From Octopus bimaculoides (lineage: Eukaryota): a stretch of DNA of 54,184 bases. Under the pieces are notes generated by a model. It saw only the letters and a program-made list of their open reading frames with translations. It searched no databases and had not been told where the DNA came from. The translations under genes and the position numbers were made by a program. The stretch is from positions 8,552,084-8,606,267 of the forward strand of contig NC_068986.1 in assembly GCF_001194135.2 (NCBI RefSeq), in the 5' to 3' direction. Below, piece by piece: positions 25,302 to 38,200 of this stretch (within the stretch, counting starts at the first letter, position 1; the number at the start of each line of letters is the position of its first letter).

Positions 25302-25914
25302 CATGATAAACATTAACTGCGTCGATACCCCAATCTGTTACGGTCATCAACTATTATGAACACCTTTTCTCGACCGGCTGAGAGAATCGATAGCACCTAT
25401 GTTTAGTTTGAACTTGTATTGATTGATGTCTGAAAGGAATCTGCGTCCATAGATGGTTCCAGTTTGACGTGAATTGAGTGAAATATTGGACAAAGTACGT
25501 AAGCAGGGGTTTAAAGTGAGAGAAATTAGAGATGACGAATGAGGAAGACGTTTAAGTGAGTCTGGCTACTTCAGAACTGTTATAGAATTTGTTGTCTTGG
25601 AAATAGCAGAAACCATTATGGAAACGGTAGAAGAGTTGCAGAGATAATGAACGAGTCCGGCGTTTGGACAAATGGCATAAACATACTGGTGGTAGAATGG
25701 TATTGATGATTGAGTTTTTTTTTTCTTTTTTTTTGGTAAGAAACGAACGAAAATTCTTGGTCTTCTGCAGTGGTTATTTACACACACACACACATGCACG
25801 CACACACACACGTTCACACACACATACAGACGCACACATACACTCACAATCACAACATATAAACACATTCATATCTAAAACGGATAAAGCTCCTTGACGA
25901 GTCAGAGAGACTCA

Positions 25915-26138
25915 TGGGCCGGTTTCCCGGATTCTGTGGTGTATCCTCCCCGTCCTCCCCCTGGATGAGACGCGAGTCCATCGCAGAATTAACTCACTTC
26001 TTCCAGCTGACTGGACTGCGGTAACGTAAACTGGAGTGTTTTGCTCAAGAAGACAACGCATCGGCCGGTCCAGGAATCGAAGCCACAATCTTGCGATCAT
26101 GAGTCCAACCCCCTAACCACCAAGCCATGCGTCTCCAC
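25915..26138 (-). mobile_element. tRNA-derived SINE (family with tcttcttgagcaaaacac core)
   Basis: Head gtggagacgcatggcttggtggttagggg (A box)...gcttcgattcc (B box); related to 34330-34560. Confidence 0.75.
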
Positions 26139-26363
26139 CATAGATTCTTATATGTATGTATGTATATACACGCCCGCACGCGAATATTGGCAAAGAAATA
26201 TGCCTGTGCGATATGCAATAACTATCTGCTTTTTTATGAGTGCATGTGTACGCATAAAGCGTGAGTGTACAGAAAAACAAACAAGTCAAAGAACCACACA
26301 TTGATATTATGCGTATATATAATTAGTCATACGCATACATTGATACGTGATATATACTTCCAA

Positions 26364-26394
<31 letters not shown>

Positions 26395-27518
26395 GTGCGT
26401 TTTTGTCCTGCACGTGAGTGTGTGAGTGTACTTACGTATGTGAGAGTGTATAATTTCTGTGAAGGCATAAATAGTCATTCATTACTTATAAACACACTGA
26501 GATTTCCTAAACACACTACAATAGTTATTAGTATAAAATATTGAAGATTATTCTCTTCTCTTCCTTCTGCTTCTGCTCCAACTGATGCTGTTACTCGTAT
26601 AAAAATACCCTGAGATATACATAGACAACATATTTAACCAATAAGAGGCGCGTTAGTTAATTATCTTTCCTCAACGAATATCAATAGCTTATTCAATAGA
26701 GGAACGTGGTTTTTTAGTTAAAGAATAATAATAAACGGTAACGACAGGATAGAAAATTTCATGATATATCGCCATCTGAAGCTACTATTCTTCTTGAACA
26801 CGCTATTCACCAGAGAAGCAAACCTTCATTTAAAGTAAAATAAGAAAAGCTAATTCTTCCACCATATATTGATTCAGACAGTAAAAATCAATCAGTCATT
26901 GCTTGTTGTTCGAAAACAAAAAAAAAAACCAGTTAACACCTCTCCAACACTCCACCATAGCAAAACAAAAATGACTATTGCTTTTCCAACAAAAGTTTCT
27001 TTCATCACGATTCTTACAATTTCTTTGCTGGGCGGATTATATTCCTTTCCAAAAAAAAGGATTTCCAATTGATTGATATTTGAAAAGGTTTTCGATAAAT
27101 GCCATTCTTAGATTCACAACAAGGAACTTAAAATAATCATTTAGTTCGATTGTAATGTATAGCTGCTTTCTGAGTTCCTTTTTTTCCTTATCTCTGTGGC
27201 ATAAAGTATTTTTAAAAAGTAACATATTTCTCTTTTTTAAAATTTAACGTATCAACAGGAAAATAATAGACGCAATATCGATGTCCCAAAAGATTTCACT
27301 AACTTTTGATTTTGGGTAAATATTATTTCTTAATTTTGTAATCCTACCTTCAGCAAACAAACAAATTAAAACTCACACACGCATGTACATAATAATTATA
27401 TAGGGGTATGTAATATGCGTATATGTATGTACGTATGTATGTATGTATATGTATTATGTGTATACATATGTATATGTATGTATGTGTGTATGTATATATA
27501 TATATATATATATGCATA

Positions 27519-28363
27519 CAAGGTGCGATGGGAAAATTGTCACCATTTTATATTTTTTATTTCGCGCGTGCGGGTGGTTTGTTTTATCATTTTTGTCGAC
27601 TACACAGTATAGTAGGGTTAGTTGGGCGCCATTTGTGAGAAAAAACAGCACCATGACGCAATTCACTCTGCCAGAAATTTTGAAACGACTTGCTTTACTG
27701 CTTGGCATTCGCGTGTTTGGGTGTCAATCTGAGGACATGCACTGAGAATGATAAAAATCAAACACCCAGTCAACATCATGGTGCTTAGAGCGAACCCTAG
27801 TGATGGCGACGTTATGCCTACCTTCATCTTCCCACACAGTCTCAGACTCAACACGGAGGCCTACATCAAATGCCGGGAGGAGGTAGTGCTGCTCTGTGTC
27901 AAGAGCGGGGTTTGCTGGAAGACCCTATGTCTGTTAACAGGACTCTGCACCACGCCACACAAGCAGGAGAACCCAGTCATGGCTGTCAGACAATTTCTGC
28001 AACGACATCACCCTTAACATCTGGCCAGCTAACTCACCAGACTGCAACCCCCGTGATTATTATGTGTGGGGCGCAGTTAAGTGAGAGACCAACAAAACTC
28101 CTTGTAACACCAAAGATGAACTGAAGGCAAAGATTATGGCAGCATTCACCAACTTCAACAAGGAGACCGTCCAGAAGAGCTGCAGGAGATTCGGAAGTCG
28201 TCTGGAGGTTAAGGTTGAAGTCAATGGCAATTTTATTGAATAAATTTACTCTTTAGTATTTCAAGATATTTTTATGTAATTTTGGTAAATATATCTGTTA
28301 AAATGAGATGTCAACATAATTTTGATTTTTGCGTAATTTAGACAATATATTCACTGCACTCCG
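27519..28363 (+). mobile_element. Internally deleted maT (DD37D) transposon
   Basis: QD-SAPRHTSRRTQSWLSDNFCNDITLNIWPANSPDCNPR-D: 37 residues between the 2nd and 3rd Asp; C-terminus NGNFIE*; imperfect TIRs flanked by TA. Confidence 0.9.
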
Positions 28364-28661
28364 TATATATTTATATATATAGTAATATTTATCCCCGCCT
28401 AAAAATCGATGTTGTGTTAGAACACAGAATACTGCGATAGTTGTCATGAGACAACCTTTCATGTGGACTTGTGGTGCTTATAAGTACTCACGTTTATATC
28501 ACTTATGGATGCTTGTATGTTGCAGAAGTCCGTATGAGAGATCCTCTCTCAAAGTAAATAATGCAGCATTCTGTGCTCTAATAACGCAACATCCACTTTT
28601 ACGTGAGGGTAAAGATTACCCTTTCGTATTAATACTGTTGCTATTAAATACACACACACAC

Positions 28662-28725
<64 letters not shown>

Positions 28726-29406
28726 GCGCACACATATACATATGTTTGTATGTATGTATGCAGATGTGTATGTATACGTATATACACAGAGAGGGAGAGA
28801 GATTGACCTCCAAATGTTACTGCTTTCGGGGTATTGTTAAAATCATTGGACGAGATGTGTTGCAGTATCTTCTCCGAAAGTATGCGCTCTGGGTTCAAAT
28901 TCTGCCTATGGATTCAAATCCTACCGACACTGAGAGAAAGTGATACTAGCACGACTCTACATTCGTCTCATCGTAGCAAAGTTGTGCTACAGATTTTGTG
29001 AGGATCGAACTCACGAATCTGTCTGCACACTAACCAACTTCATTTTCGATAAATGGAAACACAGACCAGTTAAAAGGTGAGATTTCAACAAATTGTTGGC
29101 GAACATACAACCTGCGTCTATGTGTCTCCGTGTTTCAACACGTTAATGTGTGCGTGACTCTACATGAAAACGCAGACTATTGATATGTGTGTATGTATAT
29201 GTGTGTATGTGAATGTCTATACATCCACAAATGCATATAGATATATGCGCACATTCGTTTATGTGTGTGTCTGTTTGTGCTAATATCAAAATGTAATAAA
29301 AACAACTTAATCTGTATTATGCAGATTAAAATAATATGTGTATTAGATTGCAGACTTTCAGATCTCACAGTTTTCTATTTTATGTGTGTATGTGTGCGTG
29401 TCTGTT

Positions 29407-29473
<67 letters not shown>

Positions 29474-29562
29474 ATAAATATATATGTACATAGATATATA
29501 TGTATGTATGCATGAGTGTGTGTATGTGTGTGTGTGTCTTTATAAATATTTATACACACACT

Positions 29563-29652
<90 letters not shown>

Positions 29653-29723
29653 NNNNNNNNNNNNNNNNNNNNNNNNNNNNNNNNNNNNNNNNNNNNNNNN
29701 NNNNNNNNNNNNNNNNNNNNNNN

Positions 29724-29779
<56 letters not shown>

Positions 29780-30754
29780 ACATGCATACACACATACATA
29801 AACACACACAGAAACATGTATGTATGTATATGTTTGTCTATGTATCTATGTTCATGTATGTGTGTGTGTGTGTGTATGTGAGTGTGTGTGTGCGCATGTA
29901 TATACAACCACTAATGGGGAAAGAGACGTCTTGCACTAATACACACCCTATTTATAAAAGCTGAATGTTAAGTTTTTCGTAAAAGAAATGAAACGTAGTA
30001 AAAGAGGCGAAACCGGCGAAAAGAATTATAATATATGCAGAGTCACAGCATCTCTCCAAGAAGAAATGTAACTGAATTACCATTCTAAGTGTGTTCTACT
30101 TTGTTTTGAAGAGGCTAAATATGAAATTAACTCTTGCAATATTTAAAAAGATAATTCATATTGATATATGCATGTAAATGTCAGGAGAGTTCTCAGTATT
30201 AATATACTGGCCATTCTTAATGTTAGTTCGATTATAATTTTTTTTTTATCTATCATAGAGACTCTGTGCGCATGAATATATTAAACTTGTTTTTTAAGGT
30301 GCCGCCTATTCTATTGAATTTCGTTTCGTGTTTTTGAGAAATACCTATCACTCTGCAACTAGAAATTGGTTATATATCTTTATAAGTCAGTTCTCATTCC
30401 ACTGAAGATTCCGCATGCAACACGTGAAACTTTACGCCCTCAAACTTTAAAATATCATCCGAAGAATATTTAATTTCGCATAAAGGTAGGGGGGGGGCTC
30501 CGAAAGGGATCTCAGAGAGTAGCGTCCCTGCCTTCCTCAGCTAGTTTTCCACAACATTTCTTTAAAATCGTGGTAGAAGCCTTGGTTTCGGGACCACTCA
30601 GGTCTGGGGGTAAGCAAGGGCATGCTCACCGTAGAAAATCCATCTCCCAAAAAAACATCCTGATAGCAAAGGAGAATGAGCACCAGCTAGCCCAGAGCGT
30701 TGAATGCTCGAAATGAAAGGTAGATAGACAGCCGACAACTAATGAAAGGTCCTT

Positions 30755-30816
<62 letters not shown>

Positions 30817-30819
<3 letters not shown>

Positions 30820-31795
30820 TTGGAAATAGATGCGTGGCGTTCAAACAAATAATAATATAAATAGTATATATGTGTGTATATATAGATAGATAGATTGTTA
30901 GGTGTGATGTACAGAATTGAATATTGAGAAAAAATATTCTGTCGACTTTTTTCTCAGACGTCGCAAATAGTAAACGACATGAAATACGAAAACAAATGAG
31001 TTTAATATGCAAACAACGAGAGAAACAAATGGAAAACAGTAACATAAAGAACAGCCTTTCATCAGTTATCGGCTGCCTATCTACTCCTCATTTCGAGTAT
31101 TGAATGACAGTATGTGTCTTCGAAGGCACAAAAGCCGAAATGAAATTTGGGAGTTATGGAGAGCCAAAGTTGGTAACAAAAACAGGACAGTGGAGACAAA
31201 CAATGAAACCGAACGAAAATAAACATGGAGGGTTATTAGACCAGATGAAGGTAAAATAGCGAACGCTGGAGAAATATTTTCTTTGACAAGGGAAAAGATA
31301 GAAGCGAGAGAAATGTGTCAAGGCCGACATGAAGCGGTACAGCTTCCTAGGTCTAACCAACAGTAGTATTATTCCCTTCAGAGGACTGTCACATTAAGTT
31401 GACAGCATACAACTATTTCATCGTATCACTACTGCATAAATCTCTCTGAGAGATTTAGAAATGTATTATTTCTAAAAAAAGGCGAGAGATAGACAGGATA
31501 CGTCCAGCTTCTAGGACAGCCCTGAAAGAAAAGAAAGATGATCACGTGAGGAAAAGGAAGATGGATGATGGTCACGTGTGAGCAACGAGAGAGAGTAAAG
31601 GAGAAAGATGGGGAGAGAGAGATAGATAGAAAACGGTGAAGGGGAGAAAAAAGGAATTAAAGAAAGGATGAGAGAGAAAACGATAGGGGGAGAGAACAGT
31701 ATAGGGTAGAGTCACATCAAAAAGATTAAGATAAACATACTTGGAAATAGATGCGTGGCATTCAATCAAATAATAATATAAAGAATATATATATA
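30817..31795 (-). mobile_element. Penelope-like element pseudo-LTR region
   Basis: ~55-bp direct repeats at 30817-30870 and 31737-31795, an inverted partial copy at 30700-30752, and three decayed CTGANGA/GAAA-type cores on the minus strand. Confidence 0.4.
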
Positions 31796-31797
31796 TA

Positions 31798-31870
<73 letters not shown>

Positions 31871-32405
31871 GATTGCAATAATACAGACAGACAGACAGAT
31901 AGATAGATAGATGCATACATACATACATGCACTCATACACACACACATACATACATACATACATACATACATACATACATACATACATACATACATCTTG
32001 CAAGCAGTTCAAAACAAAAAATGGATTATGAAACATTAAGTTAAATATCAGTTATATTCAACGTATGCAAATAAATTTATGCATACTTTAGTCGCTTTGT
32101 GAAACTATTTAATCCTCAGGCCATGGACCGAAGACACTTCCATAAGAAGAGGAGAATAATTTTGAATAACTTTACATCGAGAGAATATAATTTAATAAAA
32201 TACTTCCTCTATTGTATTAGGTTTTCGATAATTTCCATTTAGATGCTTGTGTTAACAATAGCGCCATCTGTTCTAAAGAGAATATCATATATACACACAC
32301 ACATAGAGGCATATATGAATACTAAGATGCATACATATTTAAACAAACATACATATACATATATATATATATGCATACAGAGATACATATATTTATATAT
32401 ATATG

Positions 32406-32451
<46 letters not shown>

Positions 32452-32549
32452 TTTATATTTATATTTAAGGCGGTGCTCCAGTATGACCACAGTCACATGA
32501 CTGAAACAAGTAAAAGAATAGAAAAATATATACATACATACATACATAC

Positions 32550-32650
32550 AGAAGTACCTTGCTGATGTTGAAGTTCCAATGAAGGAACTTTGGATCTAGG
32601 TTAGAAACCGGCTCTTTATCAGCAAGAAATCTTGAAATAAACTGAATAAT
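32550..32650 (+). mobile_element. (TACA)n-embedded element, copy 4, interrupted at its 3' end by a SINE
   Basis: Aligns with copy 2; last 12 bp duplicated at 33041-33052, then (TACA)n resumes. Confidence 0.8.
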
Positions 32651-33040
32651 TTTTGTTTTGTTGGCACTCCGTCGCTTACGACGTCGAGGGTTCCAGTTAA
32701 TCCGATCAACGGAACAGCCTGCTCGTGAAATTAACGTGCAAGTGGCTGAGCACTCCACAGACACGTGTACCATTAACGTAGTTCTCGGGAATATTCAGCG
32801 TGACACAGTGTGACAAGGCTGACCCTTTGAATTACAGGCACAACAGAAACAGGAAGTAAGAATGAGAGAAAGTTGTGGTGAAGGAGTACAGCAGGGTTCG
32901 CCACTATCCCCTGCCGAAGCCTCGTGGAGCTTTAGGTGTTTTCGCTCAATAAACACTCACAACGCCCGGTCTGGGAATTGAAACCGCGATCCTATGACCG
33001 CGAGTCCGCTGCCCTAACCAGTGGGCCATTGCGCCTCCAC
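32651..33040 (-). mobile_element. Full-length tRNA-derived SINE with RTE-like tail and 12-bp TSD
   Basis: Head gtggaggcgcaatggcccactggttagggcagcggactc...ggtttcaattccc; tail cgtcg-taag-cgacg then aacaaaacaaaa; TSD aaactgaataat at 32639-32650 and 33041-33052. Confidence 0.92.
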
Positions 33041-33051
33041 AAACTGAATAA

Positions 33052-33082
<31 letters not shown>

Positions 33083-33084
33083 CA

Positions 33085-33116
<32 letters not shown>

Positions 33117-34236
33117 GTCATATATACGTACGTACATACATGTGTATGCATGTATAGAAACGGAGAGAGATAGGTAGATAGACAGGTACAGAGACCGATA
33201 GACTGACAAACAGGAAAACGATGATAGACAGAGAGAGAGGTGGGGGTACGTTTATGCTTACATTATATACGTTTGTGCATGAGAGCGCACTTGTATGCTG
33301 CGTTTTCCACAACTCAATAACATGTTATTTTGATATTCATCAGAATGTTCGTATTCCTTTCAAATTTATAGATTTTATAATTTTTTGTGATATCGTTCTT
33401 GTAGTTAGAGTTGTTGCTATCATCGTCGTTGTTGTTGTTGTTGTTATTGCTGTTATGGATTAATCCTAGATCAACCCTGATCAAGCATTCTTCTCTTCAA
33501 ATAGTTTCCTGTCACAGCAATCTTTTTTCTTGTTCTTTTTTTCTTCCTTTTCTTTTTTCAAATACAGCAATCTAAGTCTAAGAAATTGTAGTTGGATGTG
33601 AAAAGAGGGAAAGCTTTGCTGCTATTTCTTGCAGGTTGTATGCAGCCACTTAGAGGCCCTGCTGTTTTGTTCATATTATTTTCTGTGTTGCTGTGTAATA
33701 CTTGTAAATTTTTCATCATTCAAAAAATAATGAAAATCTCAGCGTGAAAAATCAGTTTTGTTTTGTTTTTGTTTTTTTTTCGCTTTTTTTTTCTTTCTGT
33801 TATTATTTAATTACTAGAGTCATGTGATTTTTACTTTAAAAATTTAAATTTTTTTCTTTTCACATTTCTTCATTTCCATTTTAATTTTTTTCACTCAATC
33901 TTATTTTTATTTTCGATCTTTAAGATTTCTCTGCTTTTTTTTTCTAGTTTAATTTTTTTATTATTATTATTATTATTCCACATGTTTTTTTTCATCTAGA
34001 TAGATATGAATTGTTATGTTCCATCGTCACTAAACAAGTGCAGATATGCAGTCTTTATGATCAGCGTCATAGCTTCAGGTAATGCAAGTTAATCATTTCA
34101 TTAACACTATTCCTAGCATTTCTAGTTCAAGATCAAGGTAGTTATTCGGTGATCAGGAAAGAGCGCGGTCTGCTGAGGAAAACTAGTCAGGATTTTGCCT
34201 CAAGAAGTAGAAAGACTTGCGGTTTGAATACAAGAA

Positions 34237-34282
34237 GTAGATATCACATGATCACATGATCATGTGATCATGTGATATCTAC
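34237..34282. repeat. Perfect 46-bp palindrome
   Basis: gtagatatcacatgatcacatgatcatgtgatcatgtgatatctac equals its own reverse complement. Confidence 0.97.
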
Positions 34283-34329
34283 CTAACTTTAGGATGTTGT
34301 CATACATCTCTGGTCATAATTGCTTTGCA

Positions 34330-34560
34330 TAGTTTTAGGTTTCGAATGATGCCACCCGACTGGTAGGGCGAGCAATCCAACATTCCCTCTGATCGGAAGG
34401 TTATCCCGTCGCGGTGTTACCCGGTTACAGCTGCAGGTATAGGGGCAGCGTGAAATGAAGTATTTCGCTCAAGAACACAACGCGCAACTCGATCCGGAAA
34501 GCGAACCCGCTATCTAGCGATCGTGAGTCCAACACCTTAACCACTAGGCCACGAAGCTAC
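34330..34560 (-). mobile_element. Degenerate tRNA-derived SINE
   Basis: Head gtggcctagtggttaaggtgttggactcacgatc...; core gttcttgagcgaaatacttc as in 25915-26138. Confidence 0.65.
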
Positions 34561-37500
34561 ACATATGTAGATATACGAGCAGTAAAAGGTCTCTAAAAGA
34601 ATCTGAAATCAGTAGAACTTGATCTCCAAAATTTCAGTTGTTAAAACATTCCCGGCAGAACGTAATTGCTTGAATTGTAAATATGGAGATCAATAAATTG
34701 GTAAAAATTAGTAGGTCTGAGAGCGACAAATTCTCTTACCAGTTTCCGATTGGTTACAAACAACTAGTAAGAAGATTTTGTGCAATGAAAGTGCTTTTGT
34801 ATAATGATACAAAGAAGAAATTTTAGAAAATGTTTAATTACAGCTAACTCAACGCAGATTGGCTGGCAGTGGACCAATGAAATACTGTTTGTAGTGATGT
34901 TGTGAAGTTAATTCGAAAATATTGAAACTTTGATTCACACTGAAACATCTGCAGACTTGAAACTCTGTGGTATATGTATGACCAATCGATTCTCAAGCCA
35001 AGAACTTGTAAAAGAAATCCGTTTTCATATTTGGAACTTTGGAAAGAATGGTACAATTGTGATTCCAATTATTGAAGTTCTTTGGTGAAAGCCTAACTTT
35101 AGTATTCAGCATAAGACAATCGTGTTAAGAATACGAACAATAAATTTGTTTTGTTTTATTGTTTTAATCCGAAGATAATAAAGTCAGTTCTATAATCAAA
35201 GTCGTGCAAGTATTCTATTTTGGTCGATTTTATGAAACGCTGGTAGATATTTCTTTTCTTCTACATTATCTAAAGATGCGTTAAGATACCAGTTGTAAGG
35301 AATATCGAGCAGAGGCGATCAGTCTCTGCTGATTCTACAAAGACCACCATGTAGAACTCTTCACAAATAAAATATGCTGAACGATATTTCAAATAACAAT
35401 TGACAGAATATCACGCACAGGCTTACAGATTACTTCCAAATATACATAACTTGCATAGAGGGATACGTGCAATGTCTTTGCTCTGTCTCTTCCACCGTTT
35501 CTACATTGTGTCGGCTTATCGGAATTTTCTAAATGTCTCTTGTTCCCATTTGTTGTTTCTTTCTTCGTCAGACATTTCTGCAAGAATGGAAAATCATCAT
35601 AGCTTTTGTAGACTTTCAGATACCCGAGACAATGAGGCAGCTAACGTTGTGCTAAAACTGTTAGAAGACACGATTTTTAAGAAAACAATCCAAAGAGAAA
35701 ATTCCTCAGAATCGGTCTTCAAAACTAGATCCACGCTTCTCACGTTTACATCTGCCTTACCCCGGTCGATGGAGAACCTCATACAGATCTGTTTATTCTT
35801 GTGTGAGCATATAGAACACCACCTTCCAGGAGGGTGGAGGGTGGGGGGTAAAGTATGGGAGGAGGTAAAGTAGGGGAGGATGTGAAGAAGGGATGAAGGT
35901 GAAGTAGGGGAGGAGAGGAAGGAAAGGAGTAGGAGGACGACGACGAAAAGAAGTGTTTCAAATTTTGGTACTTATTTTATCGAACCCAAAAAGCAAAATT
36001 TACCTAAGTGGAATTTGAACTCAGAAAGAACCAGGAGAAACGCTGCTATGCATTCTGCCAGCTCACCACCGTAACAATAATAGTATTATTATTAATAATA
36101 ATACCATTAATAATAATAATCATAATAATAATAGTATCAATAATAATAATAAAAACAACTTATTTTCTACGAAGATTTTCGGAGTCTTTGAAATATTTGT
36201 GTTTTAGTATGAACTAGAAATTCAATAGCATTTATAGATCGAAGGTAATAGAAAGATCAGCCAAGCGCCTCACCTTGGGCCATCGAAAACTAATTTATCA
36301 CAGAAAAGATATTCTCCGTAATTATACTTGCCGCATTTTTATCAAGTCTTTCTTACAAGCAATGTTTTCTAACCTATTACTCCGGTTGCATGGCTCAGAT
36401 GTAAGATCGATTCCAATAGAAAAAAAACACACACACACACATTGATCCACTCTATCGGTTATTGTCATCTCTGTTATCAACAACTGAGAAATTCTATTAT
36501 TTGTTGATCAATGGTTATTCCTATCACAGAACAGACATCAATAGTTGTTTCTCTTATAGAATAGAGATAAACACTGAGTTGCGTCTCAAAATCGGATTCC
36601 TTTTTCCAGCCGAACCAAATCCTCTTCTCTGACACAGTTAATGTTCTTCAGTAAAACATTCTTCTTACAAGAGTTCATTAGTCCATACGAATTTACAGCT
36701 TCTTAGCAAACCAAAGAAAATCGTTATATTGTTGTTGTTGTGGTAGTGGTGGTGGTGGTGGTGGTAGTTATTGGTGTTGTGGTTTTGTTGTTGTTGTTGA
36801 TGTTGCGGCGTTATTGTTGTTGTTCAAGTTGTTACTATTGTTTTTTATGTTGTTGCTGTTTTTGTTGTTTTGATTATTGTGATCATTGTGGTTTGTATGT
36901 GGATTTTGTTATGTTTTTTCTTGTTGCGATGGTGGTGGGAGTGGTGGTGGGAGTGGTGGTGGTGTGGTTGGAGTGATGGTGGTGTGGTGGTGGTGGTGGT
37001 GGTGGTGGTGGCAGCGGCGGTGGTGATGGTGGTGGTTGTTTGTTTCGACTCAAATCAAACTTAATTGGACAAAACTCTAATTAAAAGCGTTTCAGCCATC
37101 ATAATCCCGATAGAGCGATGTTTGAGGGCGATTTAGCTGCTAGTTATAGCAGGCGAGTGGCCATACAGAGAATCTCTACTTCGCTCCAATGCCAAATCTT
37201 ATAAAGATCAACTCCAGACGACGTGATAAGGAAATTTGCTTTTAGCTTTGATTGGGTCCAACAAGATTTCTTTCGCCATTGAAAGCTATGTCCTTCTTCT
37301 GCCTCATTAAATAATGTTAAAGATCTGCTTGATTTAACACTCGCTGTACACCACTCGACATCGCCTGAACTCAGAATTTCTCTTTCATTAAATAACGTAG
37401 ATTAGTTTATGTTTGCACTTGCTGGGCAGTATTCACCACTTCTCCAAACAATCTTACTTTCGTTTGATTAGGCAAATGTCTCAAAGGTATCGATTATGGA

Positions 37501-37749
37501 TGCGAATCAAAGGTATCGATTACGGACGCGAATTAAAACCGTGTCGTCGTTTCGACTTGAGGATTCTTATCTTTGGGGTTAAGCAGCTGCTTGCCTCTTT
37601 TTAGAAACAAAAGACGTTTTTGTTTTGTTTGTTTTTTAATTCAACTTATGCTTTTTTTACTTATGAAAGGCAGTGACAGTCGTGGTTGGATTTAAACGCA
37701 GAGGATAAATGAATGAAAGTAAGTGCAGAAAAAACTGATCCTTCTTTCA

Positions 37750-38200
37750 GGGCCAGAAAGTATTCTCCCACCCAAAAGCTCAAATGAGGTTCACATTGAA
37801 ATACTGAACCCGTGTTTGGGATGACACCACTACTACAACCAGACATCATGAATAGCAACCAGAGAAGAAATACTTGACTAAGTGATATTCAACCACTAAG
37901 ACTCCAGGCTCTGGTTGATAGGCCTTCTGTCTTCTGTCTCAGATTTATCTCTCTCTACAATTGCCTCTAAATATCGGATCTGGTTAGTTTCTTACTTCCA
38001 CTTTCTTAAGCCATCGACCCATTCGTTACGTCCCGTCATTCTTGGTATGCACACCCTGTTCGACCGTGCACCAACCATTATTCTCATTCCTCTCTCTCCA
38101 GAACTTCATCCATCTGGAATCTTGTGTTCCTTGCTCATGTCTTTCCAGATGTTCACCTACAACAGTTTAATCAGAACATTAACAATATTAAGTTCACTGA
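37750..38200 (+). mobile_element. Old CR1/L2-type LINE 3' remnant
   Basis: ARKY..KAQMRFTLKY*TRVWD (RPxLEYCSxVW-like), SDIQPL, and HPVRPCTNHYSHSSLSRTSSIWNLVFLAHVFPDVHLQQFNQNIN (SFFxRTxxLWNxLPxxVFP-like). Confidence 0.65.

Noticed and set aside
30500-30700. Segment resembling an RTE 5'UTR (ggggtaagcaagggcatgctc), possibly with an HDV-like ribozyme
   Set aside because: Recall only; I could not build the nested double pseudoknot, and no ORF follows
32960-33040. tRNA-like sequences (also at 40660-40739, 43110-43184, 48361-48450)
   Set aside because: They are SINE heads continuous with SINE bodies and tails, without a complete cloverleaf or Pol III terminator
35400-35873. 157-aa ORF with a good internal acceptor at 35570
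   Set aside because: No recognisable domain, weak donor, and an overlapping antisense frame is also open; kept only as an unresolved possibility
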